A stretch of DNA of 64,000 nucleotides from an uncultured Lachnospiraceae bacterium. GTDB taxonomy: Bacteria; Bacillota; Clostridia; Lachnospirales; Lachnospiraceae. The stretch's first letter is position 1. Each line of letters begins with the position of its first letter. The notes beneath the pieces are model-generated. The model was not told the DNA's origin. It worked only from the letters and a program-made list of their open reading frames with translations, and did not search any database. The stretch covers positions 18,245-82,244 of the forward strand of contig CAZIGN010000002.1 of the NCBI GenBank assembly GCA_964538805.1, in the 5' to 3' direction. Positions 10,422-20,895 of this stretch are shown here, piece after piece. Position numbers and translations under genes: made by a program.

Positions 10422-11300
10422 ATGATAAAAAGTATGACAGGGTTTGGAAGACACGAAGTAGTGGATGGATTATGTAAGATAACAGTTGAGATGAAAGCTG
10501 TTAACCACAGGTATTTAGATCTGAGTTTTAAAATGCCTAAGAAATTTAATCAGTATGAAAGCAATATAAGAAATATAATTAAGAAGTATTTGAGTCGTGG
10601 AAAAGTAGATATTTACGTAAGTTATGAAGATTTAGTTGAAAATCCTTCAAGTCTCATATATAATAAAGAGCTTGCTAAAGAATATATGAAGCATTTTGAA
10701 GATATGAGTGAGCATTTTGATATAAAAAATGATGTTAAAGTATCAAATCTTGCAAGAATGCCAGAAGTATTTTCGATTCACGAACAAGCAGATGACAATG
10801 ATTACTTAGAACATTTAATTGAAGAGGTTTTTGAAAAAGCTGCTATTAGTATGCAAAATGCTAGAAGCAAAGAAGGAAAAGAATTAAAAAATGATTTGAT
10901 TTCAAAACTTAACTTTATGATAACTCATATTGATTTTATTGAAAAAAAAGCTCCAGTAATTATAGCTGAATATAAAAAGAAGCTTGAGGATAAAGTTACT
11001 GAACTGCTAAGTAATTCACAAATAGATGAAATGAGGATAGCAACTGAAGTAACTATATTTGCTGACAAGATGTGTGTAGATGAAGAAACTGTTCGATTGA
11101 GAAGTCATATTAAAAATACTATTGAGGCACTAGAAGTTGGTGGAATAATAGGTAGAAAATTGGATTTTATGACGCAAGAGATGAATAGGGAAGCAAATAC
11201 TATATCATCAAAGTCTAACGATTTAGAGATAACAAATAAAGCAATAGAGCTTAAAACTGAGATAGAAAAAATAAGAGAACAAGTGCAAAACATCGAATAG
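10422..11300 (+). CDS. yicC: YicC/YloC family stress-induced endoribonuclease-like protein
   Basis: The canonical family N terminus MIKSMTGFG begins at internal ATG 10422, and the C-terminal DUF1732-like region reads EMNREANTISSKS. The ORF extension from 10353 overlaps the rqcH stop. Confidence 0.85.
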   Translation: MIKSMTGFGRHEVVDGLCKITVEMKAVNHRYLDLSFKMPKKFNQYESNIRNIIKKYLSRGKVDIYVSYEDLVENPSSLIYNKELAKEYMKHFEDMSEHFDIKNDVKVSNLARMPEVFSIHEQADDNDYLEHLIEEVFEKAAISMQNARSKEGKELKNDLISKLNFMITHIDFIEKKAPVIIAEYKKKLEDKVTELLSNSQIDEMRIATEVTIFADKMCVDEETVRLRSHIKNTIEALEVGGIIGRKLDFMTQEMNREANTISSKSNDLEITNKAIELKTEIEKIREQVQNIE

Positions 11301-11327
11301 TATGTATAAAGTGTTTGCGGAGGATAT

Positions 11328-11960
11328 ATGAACAAAAAAGGTTTGTTAGTAGTTTTTTCTGGATTTTCAGGTTCTGGAAAAGGAACATTGATGAAAAGAC
11401 TCTTAGAAGAACATAAAGAATATTCACTTTCAATATCGGCGACCACAAGAAAGCCAAGAGAAGGTGAACAAGATGGAAGAGAATATTTTTTTAAATCAGA
11501 AGAAGATTTTAAAAAAATGATAGAAGATGATGAATTAATAGAATATGCAAATTATGTAGGCAATTATTATGGGACACCTAAGGAGTATGTTTTTAAACAA
11601 TTAAAACAAGGTAGAGATGTTATATTAGAAATAGAACTTCTTGGCGCTCTAAAAGTAAAAGAAAAGTATCCGGACACACTAATGCTATTTGTAACACCAC
11701 CAGATGCTAAAACTTTAAAAGAAAGACTTATTGGTCGTGGAACAGAGACTATAGATGTTATTAATGATAGATTGAAAAGAGCTGCGGTAGAAGCAATAGA
11801 CGCACATAAATATGATTATTTAATAGTAAATGACGATCTTGAAGAATGTATGATAGAACTTCACAATATAATACAATCAGAACACAAAAAAACCAACAGA
11901 AACTCAGATTTTATTGAACATATAAAAAATGAACTAAATAATATGACTAAAGGAGAATAA
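11328..11960 (+). CDS. gmk: Guanylate kinase
   Basis: P-loop GFSGSGKGT plus ATTRKPREGEQDGREYFF. Confidence 0.95.
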   Translation: MNKKGLLVVFSGFSGSGKGTLMKRLLEEHKEYSLSISATTRKPREGEQDGREYFFKSEEDFKKMIEDDELIEYANYVGNYYGTPKEYVFKQLKQGRDVILEIELLGALKVKEKYPDTLMLFVTPPDAKTLKERLIGRGTETIDVINDRLKRAAVEAIDAHKYDYLIVNDDLEECMIELHNIIQSEHKKTNRNSDFIEHIKNELNNMTKGE

Positions 11961-11964
11961 GAAT

Positions 11965-12201
11965 ATGTTGCACCCATCTTATAATGATTTAATGGAAGTA
12001 GTAAACAAAGAAGTTGAGGTTGGAGAACAACCAGTAGTACAAAGTAGATATTCAATAGTAATTGCTACTTCAAAAAGAGCAAGACAAATAATTAAAGGAA
12101 GTGAACCACTAATTAAAACTAAAAACGCTAAACCACTATCAATAGCTATAGAAGAGTTATACAAATCAAAAGTTAAGATAGTTGGAGATGATGAAGAATA
12201 A
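11965..12201 (+). CDS. rpoZ: DNA-directed RNA polymerase subunit omega
   Basis: 78 aa with SRYSIVIATSKRARQI, immediately after gmk as in other Firmicutes. Confidence 0.9.
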   Translation: MLHPSYNDLMEVVNKEVEVGEQPVVQSRYSIVIATSKRARQIIKGSEPLIKTKNAKPLSIAIEELYKSKVKIVGDDEE

Positions 12202-12223
12202 TAATAAAATTATAGGAGATAAT

Positions 12224-13558
12224 ATGTATAACCTGTTATTTGTATCACTAGGATGTGACAAAAACTTAGTTGATACTGAAAAAATGTTGGGGATATTACT
12301 AAAAGATAGGTTTAAGTTAACTGATGATGAATTTGCAGCAGATGTAATAGTAGTAAACACCTGCTGTTTTATAAATGATGCAAAGCAAGAGAGCATCAAT
12401 ACTATAATTGAAATGGCCAATTACAAAAAAACGGGTAATTGTAAGGCTTTAATAGTTACTGGTTGTTTATCAGAAAGATATCAAGATGAAATAACAAAAG
12501 AAATTGAAGAAGTAGATGCTATATTAGGAACCAGTTCTTATGAAAGTATTTTAGAAGCTGTAGAAAAAGTACTTTCAGGAAACAAATTCAGCGAATTTAA
12601 AAGTTTAAATAATAACATAACAAAACTTAAAGAAAGATTTGTTACTACAGGTGGTTATTATGCTCATTTGAAGATAGCTGAAGGCTGTGATAAATGTTGT
12701 ACTTACTGTATAATTCCTAAAATAAGAGGTCACTATAAAAGTGTACCTATGCAAGATTTGATTGAAGAAGCAACGTCTCTTGCAAAAAACGGAGTTAAAG
12801 AACTGATTCTTGTTGCACAAGAGACAACATTGTATGGTACGGATATATATGGCAAAAAATCACTTCACATATTAATTCAAGAATTAAGTAAAATAGAGGG
12901 TATAAAGTGGATTAGAATATTATATTTATATCCTGAAGAAATATATGATGAATTAATAGAAGAAATGAAAGTTAATGAAAAAGTATGTAAATATGTTGAT
13001 ATGCCAATACAACATGCAAGTGATAAAATTCTAAAACTTATGGGAAGAAGAACTAATAATGAACAACTAAGAAATACTATTTACAAACTGAGAAAAGAAA
13101 TCCCAGAGATAGCTATTAGAACAACATTAATAACTGGTTTTCCTGGAGAAACACAGGAAGATTTTGAAACTTTATATAATTTTGTTGATGGAATAGAATT
13201 TGATCGACTTGGTATTTTCACCTATTCTGCAGAAGAAAATACACCTGCAGCTTTAATGGATAACCAAATAGATGAAGAAATAAAAAAGTCTAGACGAGAT
13301 GAGCTTATGGAATTACAACAAGAGATAGCATTTGAACATTCTGAAGCTATGATTGGTAAAGATATAACTGTTATAATAGATGGAAAACTTGTAGAAGAAG
13401 ATGTTTATTCTGCAAGAACTTATATGGATTCACCAAATGTAGATGGAGCGGTATTCATTGATACAGAATATGACTTGATATCTGGTGATTTTTATGAAGT
13501 TTCAATTATAAGTGCAACAGGATACGATTTAGTTGCAACAATTAAAAGACAACTCTAA
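12224..13558 (+). CDS. rimO: Ribosomal protein S12 methylthiotransferase
   Basis: UPF0004 N-domain cysteines (SLGCDKN...NTCCFI), radical-SAM CDKCCTYC and a C-terminal TRAM domain. Start placed at ATG 12224 behind AGGAGA. Confidence 0.9.
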   Translation: MYNLLFVSLGCDKNLVDTEKMLGILLKDRFKLTDDEFAADVIVVNTCCFINDAKQESINTIIEMANYKKTGNCKALIVTGCLSERYQDEITKEIEEVDAILGTSSYESILEAVEKVLSGNKFSEFKSLNNNITKLKERFVTTGGYYAHLKIAEGCDKCCTYCIIPKIRGHYKSVPMQDLIEEATSLAKNGVKELILVAQETTLYGTDIYGKKSLHILIQELSKIEGIKWIRILYLYPEEIYDELIEEMKVNEKVCKYVDMPIQHASDKILKLMGRRTNNEQLRNTIYKLRKEIPEIAIRTTLITGFPGETQEDFETLYNFVDGIEFDRLGIFTYSAEENTPAALMDNQIDEEIKKSRRDELMELQQEIAFEHSEAMIGKDITVIIDGKLVEEDVYSARTYMDSPNVDGAVFIDTEYDLISGDFYEVSIISATGYDLVATIKRQL

Positions 13559-13634
13559 TATAGGGTTGTCTAAAAATCATAAAGAAAGGAAAACATAGCA
13601 TCCTTTATAAAGGTTGTATATGTGAGGTATATAA

Positions 13635-14186
13635 ATGAATTTACCTAACAAGTTGACAATGCTAAGAGTATGTACAATTCCGTTTTTTGTACTTTTTATG
13701 GAGGTTAACATACCAGGAATTGCTGGGTTTGGAAAATATATTGCGGCGGGATTGTTTATATTTGCTAGTATAACAGACGCACTTGATGGTTACATAGCTA
13801 GAAAATATAACCTTATAACAAATTTTGGAAAGTTTATGGATCCACTAGCAGATAAACTTTTAGTAAGTGCAGCACTTATTTGTCTTACCGACATTATCCC
13901 TGTTTGGATTGTTATTTTAATTATAAGTAGAGAACTTACTATTAGTGGTTTTAGAATAGTAGCAGCTGATAACGGAATAGTGATAGCAGCAGGCTGGTGG
14001 GGTAAACTTAAGACTGTGTTCCAAATGGTAATGGTAATTGTTTTAATATTAGATTTTAGCAATTGGTTATGGTTTAGAATTTTAGCACAGTTTATGATAT
14101 ATGGATCTTTAATATTAACAGTAATATCTCTCGTTGATTATTTAGTTAAAAACAAAAAAGTTTTAACAGAAAATAGCAACAAATAA
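13635..14186 (+). CDS. pgsA: CDP-diacylglycerol--glycerol-3-phosphate 3-phosphatidyltransferase
   Basis: CDP-alcohol phosphatidyltransferase motif DALDGYIARK...GKFMDPLADK. Multi-pass membrane protein of 183 aa. Confidence 0.9.
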   Translation: MNLPNKLTMLRVCTIPFFVLFMEVNIPGIAGFGKYIAAGLFIFASITDALDGYIARKYNLITNFGKFMDPLADKLLVSAALICLTDIIPVWIVILIISRELTISGFRIVAADNGIVIAAGWWGKLKTVFQMVMVIVLILDFSNWLWFRILAQFMIYGSLILTVISLVDYLVKNKKVLTENSNK

Positions 14187-14219
14187 TTATCGTTTAAAAT
14201 AAATTGTGTAGGTGATTAT

Positions 14220-15194
14220 ATGATATATAACAAGAAAAAAAGTATCAGAGCTTCACAACTTAAAAAATGGTCTTTAGGTTATATCCTAATATCGGCAATA
14301 CTTATTGCTACAGGACTAATAATAGACTTTTATGTTGGGGTTTATTCACTAATTACATTAATGGTTATATTTTTATATGAGTTTACAAATAATTATTTTA
14401 GATACCTTAAAATAGAAGACTTGTCACTTAGAATTCAAAAAATCATTGAAAACAAAGAGGAATTTAATTTAGGCGATGAAGCTTTTACTGAAATTTATAA
14501 TCTAGAAAATGATATTTATAGCCTATCTTTAAGACTTAAAAAGCAAGAATACTTTATAAAGAAAAATGGCAATTTCTTTTATAGGAGTATTCTTGATTTG
14601 AATAATAATATAAAAAAACCACTTGTTGCAGTAAACAAACTCGTAGAAAAATTATCTTCTAGTAATCTAAGTGATATGCAACGATTAGAAACGATAAGAG
14701 AACTTAGAAATATTGTTCCAAAAATTGAATGGTTTATAGATAAATTCATTAAATTAACTAAAGTAGAAAATATGAAGATTGAATATAAAAAAGAAAAATT
14801 TAATCTAGTAGATTTGATAAAAAAACAAATAGATAAATATGAAACTCAAATTCAGTTGCAGCAAATAAAATTTGAATACAAAAACGAAATTGAAAATGCA
14901 AGTATAATAAGTGATTATGAATGGATACAAGAAGCTTTCTTAAATATTACTAAATATCTAATCTTTAATACTAATGAAAATAAAAAAATAGTAGTTGATA
15001 TAATCAAAAACAATCAAAAATTAGATGTTTATTATTACCTTGATAATGATGTAAAAGAAGATATAAATATTGAAATTGAATTAGCTAGGAAAATATTAAA
15101 GAAAAACGATTTTGAACTAAAAATAATTCGAAACAAGAATATAAATAATTCAAAACCTTATATTTGCATTTCCACAAACAATATGTTACAATAA
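14220..15194 (+). CDS. Membrane protein with degenerate histidine-kinase architecture (phospho-acceptor His and ATP-lid motifs missing)
   Basis: Two N-terminal TM helices with a short loop. A DHp-like segment SILDLNNNIKKPLVAV aligns to the canonical xSHELRTPLxxI box with Asn in place of His. An N-box-like FLNITKYLIFNT and a G1-like LDNDVKE lack the conserved Asn and Gly residues. Very AT-rich codon usage. Confidence 0.55.
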   Translation: MIYNKKKSIRASQLKKWSLGYILISAILIATGLIIDFYVGVYSLITLMVIFLYEFTNNYFRYLKIEDLSLRIQKIIENKEEFNLGDEAFTEIYNLENDIYSLSLRLKKQEYFIKKNGNFFYRSILDLNNNIKKPLVAVNKLVEKLSSSNLSDMQRLETIRELRNIVPKIEWFIDKFIKLTKVENMKIEYKKEKFNLVDLIKKQIDKYETQIQLQQIKFEYKNEIENASIISDYEWIQEAFLNITKYLIFNTNENKKIVVDIIKNNQKLDVYYYLDNDVKEDINIEIELARKILKKNDFELKIIRNKNINNSKPYICISTNNMLQ

Positions 15195-15195
15195 T

Positions 15196-15226
15196 AAAAA
15201 CTACTATTCTATATAGTAGTTTTTAT
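15196..15226 (+). terminator. Rho-independent terminator after the HK-like gene
   Basis: Stem ACTACTAT / ATAGTAGT with a short loop, followed by TTTTTATTT. Confidence 0.6.
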
Positions 15227-15349
15227 TTATTCGTATATAATTCTATATTCTATCCCCTGAAAAATGTGTATATTTTGAAGTCTATCTAACAAATATCAAA
15301 AGTTATTAGTTATTTGAAAAATAATTATCATATTAAAGAAACTAAATGG

Positions 15350-15378
15350 TTGACTTATATTGATAATTATATTATCAT
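15350..15378 (+). promoter_or_regulatory. Predicted sigma-A promoter of recA
   Basis: TTGACT (15350-15355), a 17-nt spacer, then TATCAT (15373-15378). Located about 185 nt upstream of the recA start. Confidence 0.55.
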
Positions 15379-15390
15379 ATAAAAAGAAAA

Positions 15391-15404
15391 CGAACATGTG
15401 TTTG
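15391..15404 (+). promoter_or_regulatory. LexA (Cheo/DinR-type) SOS box
   Basis: CGAACATGTGTTTG compared with the Firmicute consensus CGAACnnnnGTTCG, with one arm degenerate. It sits just downstream of the predicted -10 of recA. Confidence 0.6.
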
Positions 15405-15560
15405 CTCGAATGCTTCTGGTTTTAATAAAACCATATTAAAAACACATTGTTAAATAAAAGATATAAAAGATATCTTGAAATTTACTTGTTAAATTGATGA
15501 ATAAGAATTATAAATATCAACAGTAATAAACAAAAGAAGAATAAAAGAAAAGAGGTTTTT

Positions 15561-16631
15561 ATGGAAATGAATGATAAGATTAAGGCATTAGAAGCAGCAG
15601 TATCACAGATTGAAAAACAACACGGAAAAGGTTCAATAATGAAGCTAGGAGATGAGAATGCCTATATGAACGTTGAAACTGTTCCAACAGGTTCTTTAAG
15701 TCTTGACCTAGCATTAGGGCTTGGAGGAATTCCAAAAGGAAGAATAATTGAGATTTATGGACCTGAATCAAGTGGTAAAACAACAGTTGCATTACATATG
15801 GTTGCAGAAGTACAAAAAAGAGGAGGAATTGCTGGTTTCATAGATGCGGAACATGCACTTGATCCAGCATATGCAAAGAAAATAGGTGTTAATATAGATG
15901 AGCTTTATATTTCACAACCTGATTACGGAGAACAAGCACTTGAGATAACTGAGACTATGGTTAGATCAGGTGCAGTAGATATAATTATTGTAGACTCTGT
16001 AGCAGCCCTTGTTCCAAAAGCCGAAATTGACGGAGATATGGGCGATTCTCATATGGGATTACAAGCAAGATTAATGTCACAGGCATTAAGAAAGTTAACA
16101 GCAGCTATTAGTAAATCGAATTGTGTTATCATATTTATAAATCAATTAAGAGATAAAATAGGTGTAATGTTTGGTAATCCAGAAACTACTACCGGTGGAA
16201 AAGCGTTGAAGTTTTATGCTTCTGTAAGACTTGATATAAGAAAGATAGAAACTCTAAAGAATGCTGGTGAAGTAATAGGAAGCAGAACTAGAGTAAAGGT
16301 TGTTAAAAATAAGATAGCACCTCCTTTTAAAGAAGCTGAATTTGATATAATGTTTGGTGAAGGAATATCAAAAGTAGGTGATATATTAGACTTAGCAAGC
16401 AATATTAATGTTATAGTAAAAAGTGGAGCTTGGTACTCATATAATAATGAAAAAATTGGACAAGGTAGAGAAAATGCAAAAACAACCTTGAAAAACAATC
16501 CCGAAATGCTAGCAGAGATTGACAAAAAAGTAAGAGAGTTTTATGATTTAGATGGTTCATCTGATAATGCTAATAAAAAAGATGAAAAACAAAAAAAAGA
16601 AGCTAAAGAAGATAAAACAAAAGAAGCTTAA
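15561..16631 (+). CDS. recA: Recombinase A
   Basis: [16 protein letters not shown] Walker [11 protein letters not shown] and [22 protein letters not shown]. Confidence 0.98.
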   Translation: MEMNDKIKALEAAVSQIEKQHGKGSIMKLGDENAYMNVETVPTGSLSLDLALGLGGIPKGRIIEIYGPESSGKTTVALHMVAEVQKRGGIAGFIDAEHALDPAYAKKIGVNIDELYISQPDYGEQALEITETMVRSGAVDIIIVDSVAALVPKAEIDGDMGDSHMGLQARLMSQALRKLTAAISKSNCVIIFINQLRDKIGVMFGNPETTTGGKALKFYASVRLDIRKIETLKNAGEVIGSRTRVKVVKNKIAPPFKEAEFDIMFGEGISKVGDILDLASNINVIVKSGAWYSYNNEKIGQGRENAKTTLKNNPEMLAEIDKKVREFYDLDGSSDNANKKDEKQKKEAKEDKTKEA

Positions 16632-16700
16632 ATAAAATAAGTTTAAAGTATAAGAAGCTTGAAAAATTAAATTTATAGAGTTTATAAAAAGGAAAAATAA

Positions 16701-17312
16701 GTGTATATAACACAAATAAAAGAAATTAATAATAAAAAAAAATTAATAATGTCAGAAGGAAAGCCGATTTTTGCGCTATATAATAAAGAATTAAAACGTT
16801 TTAATATCGAGGCTGAAAAAGACTTAGACGAAGCTACGATTGAACAAATAAAAAATGAGATTTTATTAAAAAGATGTTTTGAACGTTCTTTGTATATCCT
16901 AAAAAACAATGACAAAACTAAGAGTCAGTTAACAATAAAATTAAAGGATAATTACTATCCTATTGAAGTTATTGATAAAACTTTAGAAAAGTTAATTTCA
17001 TATGGTTATATTGATGACAAAAGATACATCCTTAATTACTTCAATTCAAGATCTAAAACCAAAAGCAAAAAATATATAATTAATATGCTTATGCAAAAAG
17101 GTATATCAAAAGAAGAAATAATTAGTGTTTTAGCCGAAACGCAAGAGGTTGACGAAGAAAAGATTATAGTTAATTTAATTAAAAAAAAGGAAAAAACATA
17201 CAATATCAATGAAAACAGTTCTAAAAATAAAATGATTCAATTTTTGTTAAGAAAAGGTTTCTCATATGAGATAGTTTCTAAAACTATAAATAACTTTAAC
17301 AAAATAAACTAA
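16701..17312 (+). CDS. recX: RecA regulator RecX
   Basis: 203-aa helical-repeat protein directly after recA. GTG start behind AAAGGA, and the N terminus ITQIKEINNKKK...FALYNKELKRF resembles the typical RecX N terminus. Confidence 0.75.
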   Translation: MYITQIKEINNKKKLIMSEGKPIFALYNKELKRFNIEAEKDLDEATIEQIKNEILLKRCFERSLYILKNNDKTKSQLTIKLKDNYYPIEVIDKTLEKLISYGYIDDKRYILNYFNSRSKTKSKKYIINMLMQKGISKEEIISVLAETQEVDEEKIIVNLIKKKEKTYNINENSSKNKMIQFLLRKGFSYEIVSKTINNFNKIN

Positions 17313-17437
17313 TAATTGTTCTAATAGCACCTTTTGTTTAGTTAAAACACACTAAATTTGCTTGACATAACATACAAAAAAGTATAAAATTATAGTGTTG
17401 TAATTGTACAATGAAAACTAAATAAGGAGGTGCTCCT

Positions 17438-18985
17438 GTGAAAGAAATTATCATTTCTGTTTTAGTAACACTTTTTACTGTTGCTCCAATTACATGGTTA
17501 ATTGCAGTCTCATACCGTAAAAAAGTAGTAGAAGCTAAAATTGGTAGTGCAGAGGCAAAAGCCAGAGAAATAATAGATGAAGCTTTAAAAACAGCTGAAA
17601 CTAAAAAACGAGAAGCTCTTCTAGAAGTTAAAGAAGAGTCATTAAAAGTGAAAAATGAACTGGATAAAGAAACCAAAGAACGAAGAGCAGAATTACAAAA
17701 GTATGAAAAGAGAGTATTAACGAAAGAAGAGACAGTTGATAAAAAAGCTGAATCTTTAGAAAGAAAAGAAGCGGGTTTTGTAACTCGTGAACAAGAAGTG
17801 ATCAGAAAACAAGCTGAAGTCGATAAGCTTAACGAACAGCGTGTGCAGGAATTAGAAAGAATCTCTAATTTAACCTCCGAACAAGCAAAAGACATATTGT
17901 TAAAAACTGTTGAAGAAGAAGTGAAAATCGATACTGCTAAGATGATTAAAGAATTAGAATCAAAGGCTAAAGAAGAAGCATCTAAGAAAGCTAAAGAGTA
18001 CGTTGTAACAGCAATACAAAAATGTGCAGCGGACCATGTATCAGAGACAACAATATCTGTGGTACAACTTCCAAATGATGAGATGAAAGGTAGAATTATA
18101 GGTCGAGAAGGACGTAATATTAGAACCTTAGAGACAATGACTGGTGTTGATTTAATAATTGATGATACACCAGAAGCAGTTATATTATCTAGCTTTGATC
18201 CAATAAGAAGAGAAGTAGCAAGAATTGCTTTAGAAAAGCTTATTGTGGATGGAAGAATTCATCCTGCAAGAATCGAAGAGATGGTTGAAAAGGCTACTAA
18301 AGAAGTAGAAACTATGATGCGTGAAGAAGGAGAGTCAGCAACCCTAGAGGTTGGTGTTCACGGAATTCACCCTGAACTTATCAGATTATTAGGTAAGATG
18401 AAGTTTAGAACAAGTTATGGACAAAATGCTTTAAAACATTCAATTGAGGTAGCTCACCTTTCAGGATTATTAGCTGCAGAGATAGGTGTTGATATTAGAA
18501 TGGCAAAAAGAGCAGGTCTATTACATGATATAGGAAAGTCGGTAGATCATGAAATAGAAGGTTCACACATTCAGATTGGTGTTGATCTTTGCAGAAGATA
18601 TAAAGAGTCGGCAGTAGTAATAAACTCTGTTGAATCACATCATGGTGATGTAGAACCTGAAACTTTAATTGCATGTATTGTACAAGCTGCTGATACGATT
18701 TCGGCTGCAAGACCAGGTGCAAGAAGAGAAACACTTGAAACTTATACAAACAGATTAAAACAATTAGAAGAAATTACAAATAACTTTAAGGGCGTTGATA
18801 AATCTTTTGCTATTCAAGCGGGTAGAGAGATTCGCGTAATGGTTGTGCCAGATCAAATCACCGATGCAGATATGGTACTATTAGCTAGAGATATTTCTAA
18901 ACAAATTGAAAATGAGTTAGAATATCCAGGACAAGTTAAGATTAATGTTATAAGAGAATCTCGTGTTATAGATTATGCGAAATAA
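17438..18985 (+). CDS. rny: Ribonuclease Y
   Basis: N-terminal TM helix, coiled coil, KH domain ([15 protein letters not shown]) and HD domain (LLHDIGK...ESHHG). GTG start behind AAGGAGG. Confidence 0.95.
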   Translation: MKEIIISVLVTLFTVAPITWLIAVSYRKKVVEAKIGSAEAKAREIIDEALKTAETKKREALLEVKEESLKVKNELDKETKERRAELQKYEKRVLTKEETVDKKAESLERKEAGFVTREQEVIRKQAEVDKLNEQRVQELERISNLTSEQAKDILLKTVEEEVKIDTAKMIKELESKAKEEASKKAKEYVVTAIQKCAADHVSETTISVVQLPNDEMKGRIIGREGRNIRTLETMTGVDLIIDDTPEAVILSSFDPIRREVARIALEKLIVDGRIHPARIEEMVEKATKEVETMMREEGESATLEVGVHGIHPELIRLLGKMKFRTSYGQNALKHSIEVAHLSGLLAAEIGVDIRMAKRAGLLHDIGKSVDHEIEGSHIQIGVDLCRRYKESAVVINSVESHHGDVEPETLIACIVQAADTISAARPGARRETLETYTNRLKQLEEITNNFKGVDKSFAIQAGREIRVMVVPDQITDADMVLLARDISKQIENELEYPGQVKINVIRESRVIDYAK

Positions 18986-19050
18986 CTTATAAAGGATATT
19001 TAAGAGGTATCGTATGGTTTTAAGCTTAACAAGATAAAAAAATTATAATT

Positions 19051-19088
19051 AAAATAAAAAACTGTCATATTTATATGACAGTTTTTTT
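19051..19088. terminator. Bidirectional rho-independent terminator between convergent rny and CoADR genes
   Basis: AAAATAAAAA-ACTGTCATAT-tt-ATATGACAGT-TTTTTT: a perfect 10-bp stem flanked by an A-run and a T-run. Confidence 0.8.
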
Positions 19089-19164
19089 GTGTTTGAATTT
19101 ATTTTTTGTGTTTCAGATTTATTGTTTGTTTTATTTATAATATTAAATATTTTATGATAGAGAA

Positions 19165-20865
19165 TTAATCAAAGTTGTAATTAGTGAGAATTTTTTGACG
19201 GTTCAAAGTTAAATCGTTGTAATACTCGTAAAAAGATATACCAAGGAAACTACCAGTTATATTAAAAACATTTTCATAACCAAGATTTTGTAAAGCTAAG
19301 ACAGCATTATAACTTCTTTGCCCTGTTCTACAATGAATATATACATTCCTATCCTTAGGAATCTCATTAATCCTAGTTCTTAACTCACTAAGAGGAATGT
19401 TTTTCGAATTAATCAAGTGTCCATCCTCGTACTCATAGGTTTCTCTTACATCAATTATGAATTCATTATTTAAGACAAGATCTCTTACTTTGTTAATGCT
19501 TATTTGTTTGAAATCTTCATTAAGCAAATTATCTGCAATATAACCTGCATAATTAACTACATCTTTTCCTGTTGAAAAAGGAGGTGCATAGCATAATTCT
19601 AAATCTTTTAAATCAAAAATATCTCCATTAGTTTTAATTAAAGTAGCAATAATATCAACACGTTTAGTAACATCACCTTTTCCGATAGCTTGGGCTCCTA
19701 AAATTTTACCGGTAGGTTTTTCAAATATCAATTTAAAAAAGATCGGACTAGAATCGGGCATGATCCCCACTTTATCAGACAAAATAGCATAAACTATGTC
19801 GTAGTTAAAACTCAAATTATTTGAAATAATCATATCTTCAGTTAGACCTGTAGAAGCAGCATTGTAATCAAATACTTTGATAGCACTAGAGCCTATATAG
19901 CCTTTATTATAGACTCTTCTATTATTAATATGATCTGCAACATTACGAGCTTGTTTTAAAGCAGGACCAGCTAGAGATAATTTCATATATGAATTTGTAA
20001 GAACGTTGTAAACTTCAATAGCGTCTCCAATTGCGTAAATGTCTTTATCATTGGTTTGGAAATTAGTATTCACACTAATTGCACCAGTAGAACCAATATT
20101 TAAATTAGACTCTTTTGCTAAAGATGTTTCCGGAACTACCCCAATTGCCATAACAACAAGAGAAGCGTTTATCTCTTTTTTAGAAGATAATATTATTTTA
20201 TCTTTTGCAAATGACACAACCTTATCATTTACAATTAAATTAATACCCTTGTCAACTAATTCTTTGTGTAAAATCTGAACCATGTCATAATCAAACGTTC
20301 TCATGATTTGTGGCATTGCTTCTATTAAGGTTACATTATATCCAGCAAGTTTAAGATTTTCAGCTACTTCAACACCAATAAAACCACCACCTATTACTGA
20401 TATATCTTTTTGATTTAATGATTTTGAAAATTTGTTTAATTTATCTATGTCAACAACGTTTCTAACAGTAAATACATTTACATTTTCAATACCTTCTATA
20501 TTAGGTACTATAGGAGAAGCACCAGGAGATAAAATAAGTTTATCGTATGATTCATAGTATATATTATCTGTTAATAAATCTTTGACTGTAACAGTTTTAT
20601 CATCTCTATTTATTGATAAAACTAAAGTGTTAATTCTTGCTTCGATATTATACCTGGTTAAAAAGATTTCTGGATCCATTAAAACTAAATCATCTGAAGA
20701 GTTTATTTTCCCACTTAAATGATATGGAAGAGCGCAATTGGAAAAAGATACATGAGGACCTCTTTCAAACATAATTATCTTATCATTTTCATTGTTCCTT
20801 CTTAGTCTTGTAGCAACTGAAGCACCGCCAGCAACTCCACCAATAATTAATATTTTTTTTGACAT
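19165..20865 (-). CDS. CoA-disulfide/persulfide reductase fused to a C-terminal rhodanese domain (CoADR-RHD type)
   Basis: FAD fold GGVAGGAS, redox Cys in SFSNCALPY, a second dinucleotide fold VIGGGFIGVE, and a C-terminal rhodanese active-site loop HCRTGQRS. 566 aa. Confidence 0.8.
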   Translation of the reverse strand: MSKKILIIGGVAGGASVATRLRRNNENDKIIMFERGPHVSFSNCALPYHLSGKINSSDDLVLMDPEIFLTRYNIEARINTLVLSINRDDKTVTVKDLLTDNIYYESYDKLILSPGASPIVPNIEGIENVNVFTVRNVVDIDKLNKFSKSLNQKDISVIGGGFIGVEVAENLKLAGYNVTLIEAMPQIMRTFDYDMVQILHKELVDKGINLIVNDKVVSFAKDKIILSSKKEINASLVVMAIGVVPETSLAKESNLNIGSTGAISVNTNFQTNDKDIYAIGDAIEVYNVLTNSYMKLSLAGPALKQARNVADHINNRRVYNKGYIGSSAIKVFDYNAASTGLTEDMIISNNLSFNYDIVYAILSDKVGIMPDSSPIFFKLIFEKPTGKILGAQAIGKGDVTKRVDIIATLIKTNGDIFDLKDLELCYAPPFSTGKDVVNYAGYIADNLLNEDFKQISINKVRDLVLNNEFIIDVRETYEYEDGHLINSKNIPLSELRTRINEIPKDRNVYIHCRTGQRSYNAVLALQNLGYENVFNITGSFLGISFYEYYNDLTLNRQKILTNYNFD

Positions 20866-20895
20866 ATCACACCGTATAACCTTTCTGATTATTAT

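Noticed and set aside
17338-17895. 185-aa minus-strand ORF (Ser/Leu/Phe-rich) opposite the 5' part of rny
   Set aside because: It lies entirely antisense to a strongly supported gene, has low-complexity composition typical of the shadow frame of Lys/Glu-rich coding sequence, and has no SD or promoter.
19089-19145. Degenerate tandem repeat of about 20 bp (TTTTTGTGTTTGAATTTATT / TTTTGTGTTTCAGATTTATT / GTTTGTTTTATTTAT) after the rny terminator, plus a TTGTGTTTCAGA 12-mer recurring near 59268
   Set aside because: It is low-complexity T-rich sequence with only 2-3 imperfect units. A shared 12-mer is expected by chance in 64 kb of AT-rich DNA.
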